From a virus (Duplodnaviria; Heunggongvirae; Uroviricota; Caudoviricetes): 64,000 bases of DNA. The translations under genes and the position numbers were made by a program. The notes under the pieces are model-generated. The model did not search any database. It saw only the letters and a list, made by a program, of their open reading frames with translations, and was not told the DNA's origin. The stretch lies in IMG/VR virus record IMGVR_UViG_3300029305_004082; one strand, 5' to 3'. Shown here piece by piece: positions 55,966 through 64,000 of the stretch (the first letter of the stretch is position 1; every line of letters starts with the position of its first letter).

Positions 55966-58158
55966 ATGGTAGTAAAACGAGACGGAAGGGTTGTGAAGTT
56001 TGATGGTGAAAGGGTTTATGCGGCGGTAATTAAGGCCATGAATGAGTGTGGTGTTAATGACGAGCAGCTTGCAGAAACCATAGCAGAAAAGACAGAAAAG
56101 AAATGTACCGATAAGGATGTTGGTGTTGAACAGATACAGGATTGGGTTGAAGAATACCTGATGGCATCTAAGTACAAGGATGTGGCGAGAGCGTACATTA
56201 AGTATCGTGATAGGCGTAACACGGTGCGTGAACGTAATGCCGAACTGCACCGCAAGATTAAGAATATTCTGGAATGCAATAACACCCAGAACAGCAATGC
56301 CAATGTAGATGAGTTTTCTTATAGTGGCAGAAAGTTTGAGAGCGCAAACGCCATGCATAAGGATTTTGCCCTCAACGAATACATGTCGCCCGAGGTAGCG
56401 GAGGCCCACAGGGAAGGCCGTTTATACAACCATGACCTGAGCGAGTATGACGTAGGTTCCCACAACTGTTTGTTTGCAGACGTAGCAAAACTCCTCAACA
56501 ATGGTTTTACCACCAGAAACGGGGATGTGCGTCCCGCAAACTCATTCTCAACGGCATGTCAGCTTGTGGCTGTTATTTTCCAGATACAGAGTCAAGTACA
56601 GTTTGGCGGCTGTGCTTCTGCGCACCTTGATTATGACCTTGCTTCTTTTGTTCGCAAGAGCTTTGCAAAGAAGTTGCGTGACGGTATCAAATGGGTAGAA
56701 GGTGTTGAGCCTCATGTTCCCGATGAAGTGGATATTGCCGACCCCGTTTGGAGCGAAGGCCATCCTGCGGCACACAGGTATGCTATGAGTATGCTTGAAA
56801 AGGAACTGGCACAGTCTTGTCAGGGTTTATTCCACAACCTCAACACGCTGGAAAGCCGCGCAGGGTCTCAGGTGCCTTTCACCTCTATTAACTTTGGGCG
56901 CGACACTTCTCCAGAGGGAAGGATGGTTATTAAACATCTTCTGGAAGCAAGTTTGGACGGCATTGGCAAGCATCATAGAACCCCCATTTTCCCTATATCT
57001 ATTTTTAACTACAAGAAGGGCGTTAATGATAAGCCCGGTACTCCCAACTACGACATGAAACAGCTTGCCATCAAGTCTCTGTCGAAGCGCATTTATCCTA
57101 ATATTGTTAACGGTGATTGGAGCCGCAACGTGGATGACCCCGACAATCCCGACACCTATATGGCTACTATGGGTTGCCGCACTCTGCTCGGCAAGGATAG
57201 GCACGGTCTTGGCTATTCCAAGATTGGTCGCGGCAACGTGTGTCCTGTAACAATGAATCTTCCCGCAATCGGCATTAACCATGGTATTTGCCTTGGTGAA
57301 AGAACTGAACCCGACCTTGACGGATTCTGGGCCGAGCTGGATGAAGTGCTTGCGCTCACCGAAAAGGCGCTCATCGACAGGTTCTATCACATTTGCAGCC
57401 AGAGTGTTAAGTCCGCGCCTTTCATGTATGATAACGGTACTATTGCGGATGCCGAAGCCGCTCGTGAGAAGGGCATATACGAAGCTATGAAGCATGGCAC
57501 ACTGGCAATCGGCTATATCGGCATTGCGGAAATGTGTAAGGCTTTGTTTGGCAAGTACCACGATGAGGATGAAGATGTGCTCAGGTTTGCTGTGAGTGTT
57601 GTAGAACATATTGCAAACTACGTAAATGAAGCCGCAGAACGTAACAACCTGAACTTCTCCTGTTATGCCACTCCCGCAGAAAGCCTGTGCAAGACTTTTG
57701 CTGAATCCCTTAAAAAGAAGTACGGCGTAATCGAAGGTGTATGTGATAGGGAATACATCACTAATTCTCATCACGTTCCTGTGTGGGAAAAGGTTTCTAT
57801 TTACCGCAAGCTTGAAATCGAAGCTCAGTTCTGTAAGTACCCCACTGGCGGCTGCATTACCTACATTGAACTGGAAAGTTCCGTGGTAAATAACCACAAG
57901 GCTATTGAGGATATTATTGACTACGCTATGTCTCTGGATATCCCTTACCTCGCATTCAATTTCCCCATTGATTCCTGCCTTGCTTGCGGCTATCAGGGCG
58001 AAATCGAAGAAAACTGTCCCGCTTGCAACGGTACAAACATAGAGAGACTGCGCAGAGTAACTGGTTATCTTACTACGGACTATCGTAATTTTAACGATGG
58101 CAAGATTGCTGAGTGTCTCGACAGAGTAAAACATTCTAAATACACGGAGTTTAAGTAA
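55966..58158 (+). CDS. nrdD: anaerobic ribonucleoside-triphosphate reductase NrdD
   Basis: N-terminal ATP-cone (VVKRDGRVVKFDGERVYAAVIKA), C-terminal Zn site CLACGYQGE...CPACNG and glycyl-radical motif RRVTGYL. Confidence 0.85.
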   Translation: MVVKRDGRVVKFDGERVYAAVIKAMNECGVNDEQLAETIAEKTEKKCTDKDVGVEQIQDWVEEYLMASKYKDVARAYIKYRDRRNTVRERNAELHRKIKNILECNNTQNSNANVDEFSYSGRKFESANAMHKDFALNEYMSPEVAEAHREGRLYNHDLSEYDVGSHNCLFADVAKLLNNGFTTRNGDVRPANSFSTACQLVAVIFQIQSQVQFGGCASAHLDYDLASFVRKSFAKKLRDGIKWVEGVEPHVPDEVDIADPVWSEGHPAAHRYAMSMLEKELAQSCQGLFHNLNTLESRAGSQVPFTSINFGRDTSPEGRMVIKHLLEASLDGIGKHHRTPIFPISIFNYKKGVNDKPGTPNYDMKQLAIKSLSKRIYPNIVNGDWSRNVDDPDNPDTYMATMGCRTLLGKDRHGLGYSKIGRGNVCPVTMNLPAIGINHGICLGERTEPDLDGFWAELDEVLALTEKALIDRFYHICSQSVKSAPFMYDNGTIADAEAAREKGIYEAMKHGTLAIGYIGIAEMCKALFGKYHDEDEDVLRFAVSVVEHIANYVNEAAERNNLNFSCYATPAESLCKTFAESLKKKYGVIEGVCDREYITNSHHVPVWEKVSIYRKLEIEAQFCKYPTGGCITYIELESSVVNNHKAIEDIIDYAMSLDIPYLAFNFPIDSCLACGYQGEIEENCPACNGTNIERLRRVTGYLTTDYRNFNDGKIAECLDRVKHSKYTEFK

Positions 58159-58160
58159 TA

Positions 58161-58673
58161 ATGAATATTGTCGGCATAGATTTTGAATCTATTGCTGATG
58201 GCGTAGGCGTAAGGGTTGTAGTATTCGTCGCAGGTTGTAAGCACAACTGCGCAGGGTGCCACAACCCTGATTCGCATTCGTTCACAGCAGGTAAGCCTTT
58301 CACCGAAGATATCCAAAAAGAAATAATTGAATACGTGCGGCAGACACCTTATATCAGCGGCATTACTATGAGCGGAGGAGACCCTGTTTTTAGCATTGAC
58401 GATACTATTTCTTTTCTGGACATGGTGGCTGATGAACTGCCTGACATAGATGTGTGGCTGTACACGGGTTTTACGTTTGAAGAGCTTTATGGCGAAATTG
58501 ACAGAGGTAGGAAGTTGCTTTCCTTGGTTAATGTACTTGTTGACGGCAAATTCGATATAACCAAACGTAGCGTAAACCTGCCGTATCGTGGTAGTTCAAA
58601 CCAGAGGATTATTGACGTATATGAAAGCTGTAAGGCTGAGAAAGCAATATTGGTTAAGGAGTTTGAAGAGTAG
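58161..58673 (+). CDS. nrdG: anaerobic RNR activating enzyme NrdG (radical SAM)
   Basis: CKHNCAGCHNP (CxxxCxxC) near the N-terminus; immediately downstream of nrdD. Confidence 0.8.
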   Translation: MNIVGIDFESIADGVGVRVVVFVAGCKHNCAGCHNPDSHSFTAGKPFTEDIQKEIIEYVRQTPYISGITMSGGDPVFSIDDTISFLDMVADELPDIDVWLYTGFTFEELYGEIDRGRKLLSLVNVLVDGKFDITKRSVNLPYRGSSNQRIIDVYESCKAEKAILVKEFEE

Positions 58674-59210
58674 ATGAATACAAGATTTGAAGTATTACAG
58701 GAAGATGCGGTAATGCCTATCCGCGCTACAAAAACTTCCTGTGGTTATGACTTTTATGCAACTGAGGACATAAAAATTCCTCCGCAGACCGCCGTTAAGT
58801 TTAATACTGGCATTGCGGCGCACATTAACGATGATGAGTTCCTGATGATTGTGCCTCGCAGCAGTATCGGCATTAAGCGTCATCTGATGCTTTCCAATAC
58901 AGTTGGTGTAATCGACAGTGATTTTATTAACGGTGATACCAAGGGTAATATTATTATAAGCCTGTACAATTACGCTCCTGCGATTAAGTATGACGGAGAT
59001 ATGGAAATAGATGTTCGTGATGTTTACATAAATTTTGGTATTAAGAGAATTCCTATTCCCGTAATAATTGACCTTACAGAAGAGAATACTGTTTATATCC
59101 AGAAAGGGGAGCGTGTGGCTCAGGGCATAATACTGAATTACAACGTAATGGATGAAGACAACTGCAGTCAGAGCGAGCGTACAGGCGGCGTTGGCAGTAG
59201 TGGAAAGTAA
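58674..59210 (+). CDS. dut: dUTP diphosphatase (trimeric dUTPase)
   Basis: Motifs PRSSIG, GVIDSDF, GERVAQ, ERTGGVGSSG. Confidence 0.75.
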   Translation: MNTRFEVLQEDAVMPIRATKTSCGYDFYATEDIKIPPQTAVKFNTGIAAHINDDEFLMIVPRSSIGIKRHLMLSNTVGVIDSDFINGDTKGNIIISLYNYAPAIKYDGDMEIDVRDVYINFGIKRIPIPVIIDLTEENTVYIQKGERVAQGIILNYNVMDEDNCSQSERTGGVGSSGK

Positions 59211-59212
59211 CA

Positions 59213-59245
59213 TTACGGCGGGGGCAACCCCGCCTTTTTTATTTT
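59213..59245 (+). terminator. rho-independent terminator
   Basis: GGCGGGGGCAACCCCGCC + TTTTTTATTTT. Confidence 0.7.
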
Positions 59246-59254
59246 GGAGGAAAA

Positions 59255-59394
59255 TGTTTGAAAAAAGCTTTGCGGAAACATTATTAGAATTGTTGTGTGA
59301 TGATTATGTTTTAACAGAAGAAGAAACAGGTCTTGCTATAGCAAACATCCAGGTGTATTATGATAGCATAGAACACAAAAGGAGAGAAACATGA
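59255..59394 (+). CDS. small protein (46 aa)
   Basis: RBS TTGGAGGAAAATG; overlaps the integrase start. Confidence 0.3.
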
Positions 59395-60968
59395 GAGCCT
59401 GTTTTTACGCAAGAGTTTCCACAGAAGAAGAAAAGCAAGCTGACGCTCTGGTAATACAATGCCAAGAGTTGCGGGACTTTATTGCGGAAATGGGATGGGA
59501 ATTGGTGCGGGAGTATGTTGATGAAGGTAAGTCCGGCACAACAATAAAGAAAAGAGATGAATATCGAAACCTGTACAATGACCTCGGGGAAGATATCTTT
59601 GACGTGGTTGTAATTAAGTCGCAGGATAGGTTGATGCGTAGTGCAAAAGACTGGTATACTTTCCTCAGCCGCATGGTTGAAAATGGGAAGAAATTATACT
59701 TTTTTATTGACCGCAAATTCTATCAGTCTGATGATAGCTTGATTACGGGCATTAAGGCGATACTCGCAGAAGATTATAGCCGAGAACTTTCCAAAAAGAT
59801 AAATAATGCAACTCGCACAAGACAAAAGAATGGGTCGAGTATTATAACGAATGGCTCTATGTGGGGGTTCGAGCAGAAAGACGGAGAGCTTATTGTTGTG
59901 CCCAAGGAAGCTGAATTAATACGGCGCATATTTAAAATGTATGCCGACGGTATGGGCGCACGCAGAATAAAGGCTACTCTTGATGAAGAAGGTGTTGTTT
60001 CCAGAAGAGGAACCAAAATTGGCCTTACTACATTAAAGAGGATGATAAGCAATCCTATTTATTATGGCACCGTAGTTCAAAATAAACTCCACTTTGATTT
60101 TGACACAAAGAAGATTAATCGTGTTGACGAAAAGGAGTGGGTATGGCACGAGAATAGGGTTGAACCTATCGTATCAAAAGAATTGTGGGATAAGGCGAAC
60201 GAACAAAGAGTTCGAAACACAACCAGTGACGGAACTGCGCGGCGTGGTATTAAGAGAGGTTCTTATCCACTGTCCAGTAAAATAGTGTGCGGCGATTGCG
60301 GCGCAAAATATCATCACGTATACCGCATTTTTGCCAGAGGAGAGAATTTGCCCTGTTGGATTTGCGGCACCTACCAGAATTATGGAAGGAAGCACCCGCA
60401 AGGAAAACCTGAGCGGACAATGGGTTGCGACAATCCGTTGGTGCGGCAAGATTACCTTGATGAAATATTCGCTAAAATTGCGGAGAATTACGAGGAAGAC
60501 TTCGTGCGTGGCCTGCAGGTTGCTATGAAGGCTATTGCGGCTGCAATTAGTTCCGGCGCGGCAGAAAAAGAGATTGCGGAATTGCGGCAAAGGTTACAGG
60601 AAGTGGAACATAAGAAAGAGCTTTTGCTGGATAATCTGTTAGATGGTACAATAAGTAAAGAAATGTACGCCAGAAGAAATGCTAAGTTTGAAGATGATTG
60701 TGCGGCATTGGAAGAAAAGATTGCCAGACTGGAAGAAACCAATAGGAAGAGAGGAAGCATAGAGAATAGACTTAATAAGATAAAAGAAGAAATAGAAAAT
60801 ACCTATGATAAAAAAGCTCGTGTTGCAACTATAATGAACCACGTTGAGTGCGTTACAGTTTACAGCGACAAGGTGACTATTAAGCTTGATATGTTAAAGG
60901 ATGTTGTGGAAGTTGTTGACGGCAATGTTCCCGCAGAAGAACGCTATAAAATTGTATCGGTAAATTAA
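59391..60968 (+). CDS. large serine recombinase (integrase)
   Basis: N-terminus CFYARVSTEEE (catalytic Ser), resolvase domain, recombinase domain, zinc ribbon (CGDCGAKYHH...CWICG), C-terminal coiled coil; 525 aa. Confidence 0.8.
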   Translation: MRACFYARVSTEEEKQADALVIQCQELRDFIAEMGWELVREYVDEGKSGTTIKKRDEYRNLYNDLGEDIFDVVVIKSQDRLMRSAKDWYTFLSRMVENGKKLYFFIDRKFYQSDDSLITGIKAILAEDYSRELSKKINNATRTRQKNGSSIITNGSMWGFEQKDGELIVVPKEAELIRRIFKMYADGMGARRIKATLDEEGVVSRRGTKIGLTTLKRMISNPIYYGTVVQNKLHFDFDTKKINRVDEKEWVWHENRVEPIVSKELWDKANEQRVRNTTSDGTARRGIKRGSYPLSSKIVCGDCGAKYHHVYRIFARGENLPCWICGTYQNYGRKHPQGKPERTMGCDNPLVRQDYLDEIFAKIAENYEEDFVRGLQVAMKAIAAAISSGAAEKEIAELRQRLQEVEHKKELLLDNLLDGTISKEMYARRNAKFEDDCAALEEKIARLEETNRKRGSIENRLNKIKEEIENTYDKKARVATIMNHVECVTVYSDKVTIKLDMLKDVVEVVDGNVPAEERYKIVSVN

Positions 60969-61025
60969 TGTTCTTTTTGTAGCCTATGCTGGACAGAATA
61001 GGGCACATAAAGAAGGTAAAATAAT

Positions 61026-61080
61026 AGGCTAACGATGTGGCAATGTTTTGTATTGCTATGCCGTTAGCCTTTTTGTTTTT
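61026..61080 (+). promoter_or_regulatory. imperfect 45-bp palindrome + T-run downstream of the integrase: candidate attP core and/or terminator
   Basis: AGGCTAACGATGTGGCAATG ttttgt ATTGCTATGCCGTTAGCCT then TTTTTGTTTTT. Confidence 0.4.
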
Positions 61081-61148
61081 ATTGTAGATTTTTTAATAAT
61101 ATGATAACATGTTTTATGAAAGTATAACGTTAAAGGAGAACTTTGCCG

Positions 61149-62180
61149 ATGCGCCGTTTCTTTTTGGTTATTATATTACTATTATGCTTTACCACTGCCG
61201 CATGTGGAGAATGTGAGCATGAATATATCCAGAAAGAAAGTATTCCGTCTACTTGCGAAGAACAAGAAGTGGTGTATGAATGTACAAAATGTGGACACAC
61301 CATTCATCAAATAAGTGTTGGAGAAGGGCATAAATATTCCGAAACCGTCATAAAAGAAGCAACGTACACTCAGGCCGGTGAGGTTATGTATACTTGTTCT
61401 GTTTGCGGGGATAGTTACACAGAAGCTACACCCATAAAAGAGGAAGAAGTTACTGTTGTTGCTATTGGTAAAAACTCTGTGGACGATGAGCTGTTTGAAT
61501 ATATTGAGATTACTTTTGAGATTACAAACCACACAGATAAGTCCGTTATAGGTATTGATGGCAATGTAGAAATATCTGATTTATACGATAGGCAAATTGC
61601 ATATATACCTTTTACTATTGCGCAGAAAAAGATACAGGCTGGCGAGACCATTACAGTTGTAGGGACTCAATATATGTTCAGTGATGAGTTATGGGATGCA
61701 TATTACAAGGATTTCGACCAACTCATTATTAATTATGATATTGTAGATATTGCTTATCTTGAAGATGAGGTAGAACAGCGTAAGGAAGAGACTTTTATTG
61801 AAACGAATACCTGCGAAAAGGTTACGGTCACTGTTACTGATAAACATAGTCTTGAGGAAAATTGGGATAGGGGTCGGTATTCACCTCGTGTTGAATTTGA
61901 TTTTTCTATAAGCAATAACACCGATAAACCAATAAAAGGGGTTGATGGTACTTTAACTATTTATGATATGTTTGACCAAGAAATAATTGTGGTTAGTGCC
62001 GATTTTACTGAACATATCATAAAACCAACAGAAACGGCTACATATGAAGGGATAGGCATAGATGTTAACCAGTTTAGAACAGAACATGTTCGATTGTATA
62101 GCGAGGATTATGAGAATTTATCCTTTAAATACGATGTGTCAATGATAGTTTATGAAGACGGCACCAAGGAAGAATTTTAA
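61149..62180 (+). CDS. secreted/lipoprotein with two tandem ~120-aa repeat domains
   Basis: Signal peptide MRRFFLVIILLLCFTTAAC; repeats ...ITFEITNHTDKSVIGIDGNVEISDLYDRQI... and ...FDFSISNNTDKPIKGVDGTLTIYDMFDQEI... Confidence 0.5.
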   Translation: MRRFFLVIILLLCFTTAACGECEHEYIQKESIPSTCEEQEVVYECTKCGHTIHQISVGEGHKYSETVIKEATYTQAGEVMYTCSVCGDSYTEATPIKEEEVTVVAIGKNSVDDELFEYIEITFEITNHTDKSVIGIDGNVEISDLYDRQIAYIPFTIAQKKIQAGETITVVGTQYMFSDELWDAYYKDFDQLIINYDIVDIAYLEDEVEQRKEETFIETNTCEKVTVTVTDKHSLEENWDRGRYSPRVEFDFSISNNTDKPIKGVDGTLTIYDMFDQEIIVVSADFTEHIIKPTETATYEGIGIDVNQFRTEHVRLYSEDYENLSFKYDVSMIVYEDGTKEEF

Positions 62181-62192
62181 ATCGTAAAAAAT

Positions 62193-62220
62193 GGGCTAAT
62201 AGCATATTTACTATTAGCCC
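62193..62220 (-). terminator. terminator hairpin serving the convergent minus-strand genes
   Basis: GGGCTAATAGcatatttaCTATTAGCCC with a T-run on the minus-strand side. Confidence 0.5.
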
Positions 62221-62252
62221 AAAATTAAAAATACTCAACCCGGTAGTCAAGT

Positions 62253-62852
62253 TTACTCTGCCTTATTAAATATTGCAGATACGTCGGCAGGGTCATAAAC
62301 AAGTGTGTTAGTTGCATTAGCATAGCAAACATAAATATTGCCATCTTTTGCACTACGCACTTTCATGCCTATTGTAACCGCCATATTTCTTATATAGGGA
62401 TAAACACCTTCGGAATCAGGAGTGGGCCTTATTCCGTACAGTGCTTCTACGCCCAGTGCATCAGGGGGATATACAGAACTGGACGTAAGTTTCTGTTTTG
62501 CAAAATAAGCATTGCCCTTGTATATAAACATATCGTACTGTTCATAATCAGTGTTCTCGTGCCACTCATCGTAAGTAAACACCCCTGCGTTTGCCGAAGG
62601 TTCAGTGCCAGATGATTTTGCTGATGTTTGCACAATTTCCGCTCCTGCGGCGTTCAAAAGGTTTATTCTATTTGCCCCATCGAACCAATAAATATCAACA
62701 TTTCCAATGGGCTCAACAATATCATTTCCAATAACAACACCTTCTGCCTCGGTTTGTTCAACGGGGATATATATATCATTTCTATTCTTTTTTACAAGAA
62801 TGAGTTCATCACACAAGATGAACCTCTCGCCATCCTTTATTATTTCATACAT
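62253..62852 (-). CDS. hypothetical protein downstream of the DGR RT
   Basis: RBS AAGGAG 8 nt upstream; 199 aa; overlaps the RT stop by 13 nt (co-transcribed). Confidence 0.5.
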   Translation of the reverse strand: MYEIIKDGERFILCDELILVKKNRNDIYIPVEQTEAEGVVIGNDIVEPIGNVDIYWFDGANRINLLNAAGAEIVQTSAKSSGTEPSANAGVFTYDEWHENTDYEQYDMFIYKGNAYFAKQKLTSSSVYPPDALGVEALYGIRPTPDSEGVYPYIRNMAVTIGMKVRSAKDGNIYVCYANATNTLVYDPADVSAIFNKAE

Positions 62853-63964
62853 AAGAATAACTCCTTATATAGTTCATTTAGTCTCTGTCGTGTTTTATAA
62901 GCATTATAATAGTTGGCGTACCCAACCCAAGACTTACATGATGTCCAAACATCGTCGATTGTCATTTTGCCGCTATCAACAAATCTTTTAAATTTCTTGA
63001 GTTTTCGACGCATAGTAGTGACCGACCGAGGATTAATTCTTTTTATGACACGTCCTGTATCGGTAAGAAAGAAATGGCCTTTAAGAAAATTTACGCCGCG
63101 AGAAAGCTTTATTATCTGAGTCTTTTTCTCATTAAGTTTAATACCTAACTCATTACATATGGAGCGTATTTCGACCAAACACTTCTGCAGATACTCTTTG
63201 CTTGGGTGAATAAGGTAAGCATCATCCATGTAACGGGCATAACAATGCACACGGAGTTTTTCTTTTATATAGTGGTCAAGACGATTAGGCAGAGCTAAAG
63301 CGGCTATTTGAGACACTTGACTACCCAAACCCAAACCAACATTTCCAAATTGGCGAATAAAATATTTGGTTTGTTCGCATAGCTTTTCGTCGGAGATACA
63401 CCTATCTATTTCCTTAAAAATAGCGTCGTGGTTTGCCAAATCAAAGTATTTAGAAAAGTCAAAGGTGAGCACATAACCCTCTGTGCCGTATCGCCGATAA
63501 TGCCAGCGCATATGCTCGCACAACCTATTCATTGTAAAATGAATTCCTTTACCTTTAAGACTGGCTCCGTTGTCATAAATAAAAGTGCAACTTAATGCGG
63601 AAACAAGGTGGTTATCACACAAACAACGTTGCACGACTCTTTCGCTGATATGTACACTGCGGATGTGTCGAGGTTTGCCTCGTTCCATGATATCAAACTC
63701 AACAAACCCTTTGCTTCTATATGCGCCGTTTATTAGTTCTTTATGTGTGCGGTATGCTTTGGCGAGATGTCCGGCAACATAACCCTGCACACTGGTTTTC
63801 CACATAACGCCATTCTTGCATTTATTAAACGCAGAGTATATGTTTTCAAAGCTAAACACTTCTTCGTATGTCATAGCATTTCGTTTACGCTTTTGCTCTT
63901 CTCGCTTTGCTTTTCTTCTTTGATATCGAGCCTCATGTCTTTCTTCGCTCGTCATAAAAAACAC
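62840..63964 (-). CDS. diversity-generating retroelement (DGR)-type reverse transcriptase
   Basis: N-terminus FENIYSAFNKCKNGVMWK...FDIMERGKPRHIRSVHISERVVQRC (DGR-RT pattern F.NLY.A...A.KGKR...F.I.EPK.R.I.....DRVVHHA); motif 4 GLGSQVSQIAALALPNRLDHYIKEKL (SQ in place of group-II QGG.ISP); YARYMDDAYLI (YxDD); GIKLNEKKTQII; 374 aa, no X/En domains. Confidence 0.7.
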   Translation of the reverse strand: MFFMTSEERHEARYQRRKAKREEQKRKRNAMTYEEVFSFENIYSAFNKCKNGVMWKTSVQGYVAGHLAKAYRTHKELINGAYRSKGFVEFDIMERGKPRHIRSVHISERVVQRCLCDNHLVSALSCTFIYDNGASLKGKGIHFTMNRLCEHMRWHYRRYGTEGYVLTFDFSKYFDLANHDAIFKEIDRCISDEKLCEQTKYFIRQFGNVGLGLGSQVSQIAALALPNRLDHYIKEKLRVHCYARYMDDAYLIHPSKEYLQKCLVEIRSICNELGIKLNEKKTQIIKLSRGVNFLKGHFFLTDTGRVIKRINPRSVTTMRRKLKKFKRFVDSGKMTIDDVWTSCKSWVGYANYYNAYKTRQRLNELYKELFLCMK

Positions 63965-64000
63965 CTCCGTGTATAGCGGGTTAACTATGAAAACGGAATT

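Noticed and set aside
56827-58134. 435-aa minus-strand ORF
   Set aside because: It is antisense to the well-supported nrdD gene. This is a long antisense ORF artefact.
62840-63964. Group II intron reverse transcriptase/maturase or retron RT
   Set aside because: The ORF is too short for X/En domains. Motif 4 carries the DGR-type SQ signature and the N-terminal motif is DGR-like, and no intron domain V/VI-like RNA was seen. DGR RT is preferred.

Overview
This window looks like the early, replication and nucleotide-metabolism part of a large, probably temperate, tailed phage or prophage of a Gram-positive (Clostridia-like, spore-forming) host. It has roughly 100 tightly packed genes and no capsid, portal or tail genes. 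The left 5.2 kb runs on the minus strand; a 1.2-kb regulatory region follows, and almost everything from 6.3 kb to 62 kb is on the plus strand. Functions I can support from motifs include: a replisome (DnaB, a DnaG-type primase, and a PHP-domain DnaE interrupted by a group I intron carrying a LAGLIDADG homing endonuclease); a recombination module (Sak4-like ATPase, SSB-like protein, Cas4/RecB-like nuclease); and anaerobic RNR NrdD/NrdG, dUTPase, a 5'-deoxynucleotidase, a ThyX-like protein and DUF3310. There are two DNA methyltransferases, one an apparently circularly permuted C5-MTase; two ParB-like nuclease-domain proteins; a tyrosine recombinase plus a large serine integrase with an attP-like palindrome; and a TnpB-only IS200/IS605 element with an omega-RNA-like tail. 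A translation and anti-defence toolkit includes three tRNAs (Gln, Leu, Thr), a tRNA-like array of T-arm hairpins, a CCA-adding-type nucleotidyltransferase, an ArfB-like GGQ peptidyl-tRNA hydrolase and a macro domain. Also present are a sigma-70 region-4 regulator, a standalone Spo0A C-terminal-domain homolog, an FCS-zinc-finger/amidoligase plus class-II glutamine amidotransferase operon, and a DGR-type reverse transcriptase at the right edge. The most interesting candidates are the amidoligase-GATase module, the tRNA-like array with its CCA enzyme, the Spo0A-C homolog, and the DGR RT whose template repeat (TR) and variable repeat (VR) lie outside the window. No CRISPR array or rRNA was seen. 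All calls rest on motif reading by eye, with no database searches run.
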